64,000 nt of DNA, from the NCBI GenBank assembly GCA_947625465.1, contig CANQOK010000003.1:68316-132315 (forward strand), read 5' to 3'. The notes beneath the pieces were generated by a model. It was not told the DNA's origin. It worked only from the letters and a program-made list of their open reading frames with translations, and made no database searches. The number at the start of each line of letters is the position of its first letter. Position 1 is the stretch's first letter. Origin of the DNA: an uncultured Lachnospiraceae bacterium (GTDB lineage: Bacteria; Bacillota; Clostridia; Lachnospirales; Lachnospiraceae). Both the position numbers and the translations under genes were made by a program. Shown piece after piece: positions 45,442 to 53,032 of the stretch.

Positions 45442-47202
45442 ATGGCATTTGACGGGATTACGGTAGCCGCATTGACGGCCGAGCTCTCAGATAAACTGAC
45501 CGACGGCAGGATCTTTAAGATCGCTCAGCCGGAGCCGGATGCGCTGCTACTTACAGTAAAAAAAGAGAAATCGCAATATCGGCTTCTGCTGTCCGCCAGT
45601 GCCAGCCTGCCGCTGCTTTATTTAACGGAAGCAAACCGTCCGAACCCTCCGGCCGCGCCCAACTTTTGCATGCTCCTCCGGAAGCATATTCAGAATGGAA
45701 GAATCGCACGTATCTGGCAGCCGGATCTGGAACGGATCGTACATTTTGAGATCATCCATTATAATGAGCTGGGAGATCTGTGTCAGAAAACGCTTACCAT
45801 GGAACTGATGGGAAAACACAGCAACCTGATCTTTCAGGATGAAACCGGCACGATCATCGACAGTATCAAACATATCCCCGCCACCGTCAGTTCCGTCCGG
45901 GAAGTATTGCCCGGACGCCCCTATTTTATACCGGAATCCACGAAGAAAACTTCGCCTTTAACGGTTTCTCCGGAGACATTCCGGACGGTGCTTGCCGACG
46001 CGAATCTGCCTGTTTACAAGGCGCTCTACCTGAATTTTTCCGGGATCAGCCCGATCGTGGCAAGTGAAATATGTGAAACTGCGGGAATTGACGGACGTAT
46101 GGGCGTCTCTGACCTGTCGGAGGATACGCTTTATCATCTGTACCGGATATTTACGGATTTTCTGGAGCCGGTACGAAACGGCCGTTTCTCTCCGGTCATC
46201 TACTATGAAAAGGAAGAACCGGTGGAATTTTCAGCCGTTCCCCTGCAGACCTTCGGGCACTGTCAGAAGCGCCTCTTTTCCGGAATCAGCGAACTGTTGG
46301 AGACGTACTATGCGCAAAAGGAACATTTTACCAGAATGCGTCAGAAATCCTTTGATCTGCGGCGCATTGTACAGACAGCTTTGGAAAAAGACTATAAAAA
46401 GTACGACCTGCAGTGCCGCCAGTTAGCGGATACCAAAAAACGGGAGCAGTTTCAGATATACGGAGAACTGCTCACAGCCTATGGGCACCAGATCGCTCCG
46501 GGTTCCAAATCTTTCGACGCGCTGAATTATTACACAAACGAAACAGTCACGATTCCGCTGGACGAAACTGAGACTCCCATGGAAAACGCCAAACGGTATT
46601 TTGAAAAATACGGGAAACTGAAACGGACTTATGAAGCGCTGACAGAGATTACGGCACAAACCGCCGCTTCAATCTCCCATCTGGAATCCATTTCCACGGC
46701 GCTGGATATGGCTCCCGATGAGGCGACCTTAAAAGAGATCAAAGAAGAACTGATCGCTTTCGGCTATCTCAAACCCCATTACGGAGCAAAAAACCGCCGC
46801 GGAACCCCGGCCAAAAAAGAACAGACGCTCAGCCGGCCGCTTCACTATCTTTCCAGCGACGGTTTCCACCTGTATGTCGGAAAAAACAATTATCAAAATG
46901 AACGGCTGACCTTCCAGCTGGCGTCCGGCGGCGACTGGTGGTTTCACGCCAAAGGGATGCCGGGCTCCCATGTCATCTTAAAGGCAGAAGGAAAAGAGAT
47001 CCCGGACCGGGCTTTTGAAGAAGCCGCTATGCTGGCCGCCTATTATTCCAAAGGGCAGCTGCAGGATAAAGTAGAGATCGACTACACCCAGAGAAAGCAT
47101 TTGAAAAAAGTAAACGGCGGCGCCCCGGGATTTGTCATCTATCATACCAACTACTCCATGGTGATCGCTCCCGGAACCGCAAATTTAAAGCAGGTCGAAT
47201 GA
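45442..47202 (+). CDS. rqcH: ribosome quality control protein RqcH (NFACT family, fibronectin-binding protein A-like)
   Basis: 586-aa ORF. MAFDGITVAAL..EL...L..GRI.KI.QP N-terminus, ..MELMGKHSNLI.., C-terminal ..GGDWWFHAKGMPGSHVIL.. Confidence 0.9.
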   Translation: MAFDGITVAALTAELSDKLTDGRIFKIAQPEPDALLLTVKKEKSQYRLLLSASASLPLLYLTEANRPNPPAAPNFCMLLRKHIQNGRIARIWQPDLERIVHFEIIHYNELGDLCQKTLTMELMGKHSNLIFQDETGTIIDSIKHIPATVSSVREVLPGRPYFIPESTKKTSPLTVSPETFRTVLADANLPVYKALYLNFSGISPIVASEICETAGIDGRMGVSDLSEDTLYHLYRIFTDFLEPVRNGRFSPVIYYEKEEPVEFSAVPLQTFGHCQKRLFSGISELLETYYAQKEHFTRMRQKSFDLRRIVQTALEKDYKKYDLQCRQLADTKKREQFQIYGELLTAYGHQIAPGSKSFDALNYYTNETVTIPLDETETPMENAKRYFEKYGKLKRTYEALTEITAQTAASISHLESISTALDMAPDEATLKEIKEELIAFGYLKPHYGAKNRRGTPAKKEQTLSRPLHYLSSDGFHLYVGKNNYQNERLTFQLASGGDWWFHAKGMPGSHVILKAEGKEIPDRAFEEAAMLAAYYSKGQLQDKVEIDYTQRKHLKKVNGGAPGFVIYHTNYSMVIAPGTANLKQVE

Positions 47203-47213
47203 CCTGCTTTTTA
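47190..47213 (+). terminator. rho-independent terminator of rqcH (stop codon in the loop)
   Basis: gcaggtc (47190..47196), gaat loop, gacctgc (47201..47207), then TTTTT. Confidence 0.7.
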
Positions 47214-47249
47214 TATTCCGGATAAACCCCGATTTCGGTTCCGGTCTCT

Positions 47250-47840
47250 TTATTTCACTTTCATCAGATTATTCGCGCTTTCCTTCACATCTCCGTGCAG
47301 AATCTTGCGAAGCTGCGTTCCGCTGTCCAGCAGATAGAGAACGCCGATCATAATAAATGCGGCAATCAGCAGTTTCACGGGCAGAAAATGTACCAGACGG
47401 ATAATAGAGGCTCTCAGGAACGTAACTTCACAGATTCCGTAAATACCCCACGCGATCGTACTTTCCAGACAGATGATTCCCTTATAGTTAAAAGGCTTAT
47501 TCGTATAATCCCACCAGACATAGCCCAGCTTCCAGATCATCAGCTTCGCTACCAACAGTTCAAATAGAGTAGCCATCACCGACGATACCAGAAAGACGAG
47601 CAGCAGATTATCGGCAAAGGAATCCAGGATCACATTATAGATCAGGAACTCTCCCATCCCATAAATAGGACAAAAGGGACCGCGCGCAAATCCGCGGTTT
47701 GTAATCTTATGATTACACCAGGACATATAAATCGATTCCACCATCCAGCCGATAAAGCTGTAACCAACAAAAACACCCGCCAGCGTCAGAATGTCATCGT
47801 GCGGGATTACCTGCTGCACGATGCCCATCATGGTATCCAT
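47250..47840 (-). CDS. polytopic membrane protein, putative ABC-transporter type IV-like (PF06541-like)
   Basis: 196-aa ORF. ..FIGWMVESIYMSW...KITNRGFARGPFCPIYGMGEF.. resembles that family as I remember it. Its start overlaps the 3' end of the upstream HD gene. Confidence 0.55.
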   Translation of the reverse strand: MDTMMGIVQQVIPHDDILTLAGVFVGYSFIGWMVESIYMSWCNHKITNRGFARGPFCPIYGMGEFLIYNVILDSFADNLLLVFLVSSVMATLFELLVAKLMIWKLGYVWWDYTNKPFNYKGIICLESTIAWGIYGICEVTFLRASIIRLVHFLPVKLLIAAFIMIGVLYLLDSGTQLRKILHGDVKESANNLMKVK

Positions 47841-48423
47841 AATACATAAACCCTCCGTTTCTTCTCACTCGTACATCCTTCCGGATCCGGTTAACCGTCT
47901 CCACTAACCCACAGTACTTATCCGCATATGTTACCACATAAGACTCCGCATAGCGCGGAAGTTCAATCGTGATCGGCCACATATGCTTCCTGATAATATC
48001 CTTCTCTCTTTCATTCAGGCTGAAATACTTAGTCGCGTTGAGCAGCGCGGTCTTAGGGTGCGTCAGTCCATGCAGATGATTGCCCGTATCCCGAACCACA
48101 TAATGCCAGTCATACAGGAACAGATCGTGCAAAAGACCTCCCCGTGCCGCAGACCAGTAATCCAGCCGGTAGCTCCTGGCAATCCGGTAAGACAAATAAG
48201 AAACGCCCAAGCAATGCTCCAGTGTCGTGGTCGTCCCATGCTGGATATACTGTCCCATCTGCAGAAACTTCGGATGCTTCAGAATATCCGATACACAGGC
48301 AAGATAGCCGTGATCGCGAAAACACTGATCTGCGATCTCACATGAAGTTTTATGAACCGCCTTCAGAACTCCTTCCTTCAGCAGACAGATCTCTTCTTCC
48401 GTTAAAACCGTTCCTTGCCGCAT
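47794..48423 (-). CDS. HD domain-containing phosphohydrolase
   Basis: 209-aa ORF. ..IQHGTTTTLEHCLGVSYLSY.. and ..GGLLHDLFLYDWH.. supply the H...HD metal ligands. Confidence 0.75.
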   Translation of the reverse strand: MRQGTVLTEEEICLLKEGVLKAVHKTSCEIADQCFRDHGYLACVSDILKHPKFLQMGQYIQHGTTTTLEHCLGVSYLSYRIARSYRLDYWSAARGGLLHDLFLYDWHYVVRDTGNHLHGLTHPKTALLNATKYFSLNEREKDIIRKHMWPITIELPRYAESYVVTYADKYCGLVETVNRIRKDVRVRRNGGFMYYGYHDGHRAAGNPAR

Positions 48424-48527
48424 TCCCCTATTCTCCTAACCGATTGCTGCCCTTATCATAAACAATTCCCTATCGTCTGTCAAGAAAAAAAATTGAAATT
48501 TCAAAAACCGTTTTCTGTAAAAACACA

Positions 48528-48590
48528 GAAAAACAGCACTGTTATCCGCTTTGCCCCGATACCGGAACTCCATCGGAAATCACAGTGCTG
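48528..48590 (-). terminator. long-stem terminator after the Coat-F-like gene pair
   Basis: cagcactgt (48534..48542) and acagtgctg (48582..48590) form a perfect 9-bp stem around an inner CCGAT/ATCGG hairpin, followed in the minus sense by TTTTTC. Confidence 0.5.
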
Positions 48591-48613
48591 CCGCATGCCA
48601 AGATCAGTTTTTA

Positions 48614-48871
48614 TTACAGCGTTGTATCGGACGTAAAGATACTTTTTACCCGCGCGATCTCTTCTTCCGTTGCTTTCTCCGCCGGAATATAATAAGACTT
48701 GCTTCTGGCAATCTCATATAATTCCTCCTGAGACATTTCACACTGATTCCGGATCTGCTTTAACGTCTGCTTTAACTGCTTGTTATCCGTCTGCGGAATC
48801 ATATCGCCGAACTTACTCAATTCCGCGTTTACACTTTCCAGGCTGTCAACTACCATGATCTTCTCTTCCAT
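48614..48871 (-). CDS. small Coat F domain-like spore coat protein
   Basis: 85-aa ORF. ..QLKQTLKQIRNQCEMSQEELYEIARSKSYYIPAEKATEEEIARVKSIF fits my recollection of clostridial Coat F proteins (..Y.....GWY.P..A....I..VK.KF). Confidence 0.5.
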   Translation of the reverse strand: MEEKIMVVDSLESVNAELSKFGDMIPQTDNKQLKQTLKQIRNQCEMSQEELYEIARSKSYYIPAEKATEEEIARVKSIFTSDTTL

Positions 48872-48884
48872 CTTTCAAATCCTC

Positions 48885-49070
48885 CTAACCTAAAAACTGC
48901 ATCAGCTGCTGCTTGGTCTGCATCGCAGACTCTGCTGATTTCTGGAAAAACTGTTTGATTTGCGGATCTGTCGCCTGTGAAGCATAGGCTGTCATTTTAC
49001 AATGGCTGTTGTCATAGCCCATGATCAAATGACGTAAATTCTGCAGCTCTAATTCTGTTAAATCTGACAT
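48885..49070 (-). CDS. small Coat F domain-like spore coat protein
   Basis: 61-aa ORF. LTELELQNLRHLI......CKMTAYASQATDPQIKQFFQKSAE....KQQLMQFL has the Coat F-like helical pattern. AGGAGG lies 8 nt upstream of the ATG at 49070. Confidence 0.45.
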   Translation of the reverse strand: MSDLTELELQNLRHLIMGYDNSHCKMTAYASQATDPQIKQFFQKSAESAMQTKQQLMQFLG

Positions 49071-49073
49071 AAC

Positions 49074-49131
49074 AAAAACCTCCTGTTTTTTGATTCTTAC
49101 AGTGTAAGTATCTCAAATACAGGAGGTTTTT
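49074..49131 (-). promoter_or_regulatory. perfect 13-bp inverted repeat (terminator-like) whose 3' arm contains the SD of the 61-aa ORF
   Basis: aaaaacctcctgt (49074..49086) and acaggaggttttt (49119..49131) are exact reverse complements separated by 32 nt. The spacer contains an inner palindrome cttaca-g-tgtaag (49096..49108). In the minus-sense RNA the 3' arm is ACAGGAGGTTTTT-GTT-ATG. Confidence 0.6.
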
Positions 49132-49194
49132 ATTCTCTATGCAATATGAAAATTCAACTAAACTTTCCGACCGGTTCCGACAGTTTTCCCGCTC

Positions 49195-50640
49195 TTAGTA
49201 GCCTAACAGCCAGCTATACAGTTCCTCATATCTTCTGGCGGAAGTATTCCAGGAATAGTCCTTTGCCATGGCGCGGTCGATCATCTTGTTCCATTCCCGT
49301 TTCTTATCATAATAGATCCGCTCCGCGTAACGGATGGTGTTCAGCATCTCATGCGCATTGTAATTGCAGAAGGAAAAACCGGTTCCCTTGCTCTCATACT
49401 CATTGTACGGCTCAACTGTATCCTTCAGACCGCCTGTCTCCCGGACAATGGGAAGCGTACCGTAACGCAGGCTCATCAGCTGACTTAAACCGCAGGGCTC
49501 AAACAGAGACGGCATCAGGAACGCGTCGCAGGAGGCGTATACCTTATGGGACATCTGCTCGGAATAATAGATCAGCGCAGCGACCTTATTATTATACTTC
49601 CATGCGAAGTGGCGGAACATATTCTCGTACTTCTCCTCGCCCGTACCCAGTACCACAAGCTGGATACCGTCCTGACAAAGTTCATCCATAATGCAGGCGA
49701 TCAGATCCAGTCCCTTCTGGTCTGTCAGCCGGGATACGATTCCGATCATCATCTTCTTATCGTCCTGCTCCAGTCCCAGTTCTTTCTGCAGCGCACGTTT
49801 GTTCTTTACCTTTTCCTTCCGGAAATTATCCGCCTGATAGGGATATTCGATCATCGCATCCGTCGCAGGGTTGTATTCTTCATAGTCGATTCCATTTACA
49901 ATTCCGCACAGGCTGTTGGATCTGGCACGCATCAATCCATCCAGGCCCTCCCCGTAAAACGGCGTCTTAATCTCGTTCGCATATGTATCGCTGACTGTTG
50001 TTACATAATCCGCGTATACGATACCGCCCTTCAGCAGGTTCCCGTTCTCAAAATCCTTCAGCTTGTCCGCCGTAAAGTAATAATCCGACAGCCCGGAAAT
50101 ATTCCGGATCGTTTTAATATCCCATACGCCCTGGAACCGCAGATTATGAATGGTCATAATGGACTTCATATCCCGGTAGAACTCACCGCCGCGGAAGCTG
50201 TCCTTCAGATATACCGGAACAATACCGGTCTGCCAGTCATGGCAGTGCACGATATCCGGTTTAAAACCGATCACCGGCAAAGCGGACAAAGCCGCTCTCG
50301 AGAAGAAGATAAACTTCTCGATATCCCACAGCATATCGCCGTATGGCTTAAATCCCGAAAAATAGTACTCATTATCGATGAAATAGAAGGTAATTCCCTC
50401 TAATTCTGTCTTCATAATGCCTACATATTTCTCGCTTCCGCAGAAATACATATAGAAGTGGGATATATATTCCATCTGGTCTTTCCACTTCTGTGCCATA
50501 CACATATATTTCGGCAGAATCACTCGTACATCATACTCTTGCTTGTTAAAACACTTCGGCAGAGAGCCCGCTACATCTGCCAGCCCGCCGGTCTTAATGA
50601 ACGGCACGCATTCAGATGTCACAAACAAAACCTTCTTCAT
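49195..50640 (-). CDS. glgA: glycogen synthase (ADP-glucose type)
   Basis: MKKVLFVTSECVPFIKTGGLADVAGSLP.. is the GlgA N-terminus, with a GT-B C-terminal half (..PSLFEPCGLSQL..). Start moved to ATG 50640, 8 nt after GGAGG. Confidence 0.93.
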   Translation of the reverse strand: MKKVLFVTSECVPFIKTGGLADVAGSLPKCFNKQEYDVRVILPKYMCMAQKWKDQMEYISHFYMYFCGSEKYVGIMKTELEGITFYFIDNEYYFSGFKPYGDMLWDIEKFIFFSRAALSALPVIGFKPDIVHCHDWQTGIVPVYLKDSFRGGEFYRDMKSIMTIHNLRFQGVWDIKTIRNISGLSDYYFTADKLKDFENGNLLKGGIVYADYVTTVSDTYANEIKTPFYGEGLDGLMRARSNSLCGIVNGIDYEEYNPATDAMIEYPYQADNFRKEKVKNKRALQKELGLEQDDKKMMIGIVSRLTDQKGLDLIACIMDELCQDGIQLVVLGTGEEKYENMFRHFAWKYNNKVAALIYYSEQMSHKVYASCDAFLMPSLFEPCGLSQLMSLRYGTLPIVRETGGLKDTVEPYNEYESKGTGFSFCNYNAHEMLNTIRYAERIYYDKKREWNKMIDRAMAKDYSWNTSARRYEELYSWLLGY

Positions 50641-50678
50641 CGAATAAACCTCCATCTCGAACTCAAATTGATATTTCC

Positions 50679-50707
50679 ATTATAACCTATCCTTTTGAAT
50701 TTTTAAA
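50679..50707 (-). promoter_or_regulatory. weak sigma-A-type promoter candidate for glgA
   Basis: Minus sense: TTTAAA (50702..50707), 17 nt, TATAAT (50679..50684). Confidence 0.3.
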
Positions 50708-50730
50708 GGTATTATTCGCAAATTTTTAAA

Positions 50731-51528
50731 TTATTTTACTTTATACTCTAAGCGGATCTTATCGGCGATCAGCGCGATAAATTCTGAATTTGTAGGTTTT
50801 CCTTTGTTGTTATTGATCGTATAACCGAACATTTCCTCAATCGTGTCCATCTTTCCTCTTCCCCATGCTACTTCAATGGCATGGCGGATCGCACGTTCTA
50901 CTCTGCTGGGCGTTGTATCATTCATTTTCGCGATAGCCGGATACAGCACTTTTGTAATGGAATGCAGCATGTCCCCATCGTTGATCGCCATGATGATCGC
51001 GTCCCGAAGATAATGATATCCTTTGATATGCGCCGGAACGCCCAGTTCATGGATCACATTGGTAACATCCGTTTCCAGATTTCTCTCGATATATTCCTGC
51101 TTGCTTTCGTACGGATTGATCCGCTTGCTGTCGGAATTCTTTTTCCCCTTTTCCTGTACGGCGTATTTTACCTTATTCAGCACCATCTCCCGGTCAAACG
51201 GCTTCATGATATAATAGCTGACGCCCTGGGAAAAGGCGTCTTCCACAATATTTTCATTCCCGATCGCGGACAGGGCCAGAAATGTCGGGGCTTTTTCTAT
51301 TTTCTGATCCCGGTTCACACGGTCGATCACCGACAAGCCGTCCAGTTTCGGCATGATCAGATCAATTAACACGACATCCGGCTTTTTCTCCTGGATCATC
51401 TGATAGGCATCCTGTCCGTTTTTGGCTTTTCCAACCAGTCTGATTTCTTCATCTGCAGTCAGTATTTCTTCCAAAGTCTGCAAAATTCTATCGTTATCGT
51501 CTGCAATCGCTACGTTTATTTTTGTCAT
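50731..51528 (-). CDS. spo0A: sporulation master regulator Spo0A
   Basis: Receiver domain ([21 protein letters not shown]) plus the Spo0A-specific C-terminal domain (..[19 protein letters not shown]......ITK.LYP.IAK...[19 protein letters not shown]). Start moved to ATG 51528 (MTKINV), preceded by AAAGGAG. Confidence 0.96.
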   Translation of the reverse strand: MTKINVAIADDNDRILQTLEEILTADEEIRLVGKAKNGQDAYQMIQEKKPDVVLIDLIMPKLDGLSVIDRVNRDQKIEKAPTFLALSAIGNENIVEDAFSQGVSYYIMKPFDREMVLNKVKYAVQEKGKKNSDSKRINPYESKQEYIERNLETDVTNVIHELGVPAHIKGYHYLRDAIIMAINDGDMLHSITKVLYPAIAKMNDTTPSRVERAIRHAIEVAWGRGKMDTIEEMFGYTINNNKGKPTNSEFIALIADKIRLEYKVK

Positions 51529-51576
51529 AACAGCTCCTTTCTCTCCAAAATAATTCCATTTACGTGCCACAAGCCC

Positions 51577-51605
51577 ATTATAGTTTTTCGCAAATCTTCT
51601 TGCAA
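51577..51605 (-). promoter_or_regulatory. sigma-A-type promoter candidate for spo0A
   Basis: Minus sense: TTGCAA (51600..51605), 17 nt, TATAAT (51577..51582). Confidence 0.5.
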
Positions 51606-51633
51606 CCTAATTGCACCGCAGGTATCGACGCGT

Positions 51634-51640
51634 TTCGACA
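51634..51640 (-). promoter_or_regulatory. 0A box (TGTCGAA) upstream of spo0A
   Basis: ttcgaca on plus equals TGTCGAA in the spo0A sense, about 30 nt upstream of the predicted -35. It matches the TGNCGAA Spo0A-binding consensus exactly. Confidence 0.45.
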
Positions 51641-51703
51641 GACCTCCGGCTTATGTAACGCAGGCGCGCAAAGAATATGCCGGCGCCCGCGTCCGATACG
51701 GTC

Positions 51704-52939
51704 TTACCGGGAAAGCATATGCTCGATAAAAATACCGTATCCTCTGGAAGGATCATTGACAAATACATGCGTGACCGCCCCGATGATCTTTCCGTTCTGC
51801 AAAATCGGGCTTCCGCTCATTCCCTGCACGATCCCATTCGTAAGTTCCAACAGTTCCGGATCTGTTACATGGAGCACCATACCGTGATTCAGATTCCGGT
51901 CGTTCATATTGACCTCTTCGATCTCAATCTCATATTCTTTTAAGGTTCCGTCTACCTGACACAGAATGGCTGCCTTTCCAGTTTCAACTTCCTGCTTCCA
52001 TCCGATCTGCATGGGTTTTCCGGTATACATATGCTGCATTTTTTCATTGCATTTTCCGAAAATTCCCTGTCCGGTATTGGCCTCAATCACACCCAGCACG
52101 TTGTCTTCCTGATAGCGGATGTTTCCGCACAATCCGCCCGGATTTCCGTTTTCACCTTTTTTAATTCCCCATACATTTGCCGCATATAACACGCCTTCCT
52201 CCGAAGACAGCAGTTCTCCTGTATCCACATCGCTGATGCCATGTCCCAGCGCGCCGAAATTTCCGCTGCTGTCAATATAGGTAAGCGTTCCGATTCCCTG
52301 CGTATCGTCTCTTACCCAGACGCCCAGCTGATATCGCCCCGGTTCTGTCTCCACCGGTTTTATCTTTACATCCAGCAGTTCTCCGTTTCTTCTGATCTGC
52401 AGTTTCGCGTCCTCCCTGCCGGATTCTTCCACCAGATAACTCAGCTGGGATTTACTGCTTACCTGGGTACCGTTATAAGAAACGATATAGTCTCCCGCCT
52501 GTACGATTCCGTAAGAAGGTTCTATGAGCGCTCCGTCCATACGGGTAACAGAGGAAGTTCCGATCACCAATACCCCATCGGTTTTTAAATAGATCCCAAT
52601 CGGGATCCCGCAGGGAATCAGTTCCGTTTCTTCCACCACACTGACCGAAACCGATTTGACCGGCAAGAATCCAAAGAGCTTTACATCCATGGTATAATTT
52701 CCGGTCTGTGCGGAAGCAAGTACGACCTCCTGTCCGTTTTCAGACATGGATACCGCGTCGTTCCGAGACAAACCCAGCCCTGCCGCCACTTTAAGATTCG
52801 TATCCTGATTTACAAACATATGAATGGAATCCGGAATCGAATCATAGGCAGTCTGCAGATAGAAAACAGCCGCAAACAGCATGACCGCCGTCAGAAGCAG
52901 GCACAATAAGCGCCTGTAGCTTTTCTTTGTACTCGACAT
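51704..52939 (-). CDS. spoIVB: stage IV sporulation protein B (S55 signalling peptidase with PDZ domain)
   Basis: 411-aa ORF. N-terminal TM, PDZ-like segment (..IVQAGDYIVSYNG..), ..GIGTLTYIDSSGNFGALGHGI.. and ..GMSGSPILQNGKIIGAVTHVFVNDPSRGYGIFIE.. GGGAGG lies 6 nt upstream. Confidence 0.93.
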   Translation of the reverse strand: MSSTKKSYRRLLCLLLTAVMLFAAVFYLQTAYDSIPDSIHMFVNQDTNLKVAAGLGLSRNDAVSMSENGQEVVLASAQTGNYTMDVKLFGFLPVKSVSVSVVEETELIPCGIPIGIYLKTDGVLVIGTSSVTRMDGALIEPSYGIVQAGDYIVSYNGTQVSSKSQLSYLVEESGREDAKLQIRRNGELLDVKIKPVETEPGRYQLGVWVRDDTQGIGTLTYIDSSGNFGALGHGISDVDTGELLSSEEGVLYAANVWGIKKGENGNPGGLCGNIRYQEDNVLGVIEANTGQGIFGKCNEKMQHMYTGKPMQIGWKQEVETGKAAILCQVDGTLKEYEIEIEEVNMNDRNLNHGMVLHVTDPELLELTNGIVQGMSGSPILQNGKIIGAVTHVFVNDPSRGYGIFIEHMLSR

Positions 52940-52965
52940 ACGTTACCTCCCAAAAATAAAATAAT

Positions 52966-53002
52966 TCAAAAAAAAGGAAGAATACCTGTTGTACTCTTCC
53001 TT
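52966..53002 (-). terminator. rho-independent terminator after recN
   Basis: aaggaaga (52974..52981) and tcttcctt (52995..53002) form a perfect 8-bp stem with a 13-nt loop, followed in the minus sense by a T-run (A-run 52968..52973 on plus). Confidence 0.7.
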
Positions 53003-53032
53003 AGTATCTGTCGCGATTTGATTTTGACACTG

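Noticed and set aside
48415-48636. 73-aa Cys-containing plus-strand ORF filling the HD / Coat-F intergenic region
   Set aside because: It starts with TTG, has no SD, overlaps both flanking genes and runs through the terminator stem. The region is better explained as terminator plus promoter DNA.
49139-49198. 19-codon plus-strand mini-ORF (MQYENSTKLSDRFRQFSRS) downstream of the AGGAGG in the plus-sense arm of the inverted repeat
   Set aside because: The AGGAGG is there because of the palindrome. The ORF runs antisense into the glgA stop region, and nothing supports its expression.
49546-50403. 285-aa plus-strand ORF
   Set aside because: It is antisense to glgA, whose motifs are unambiguous. 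It is a shadow ORF.
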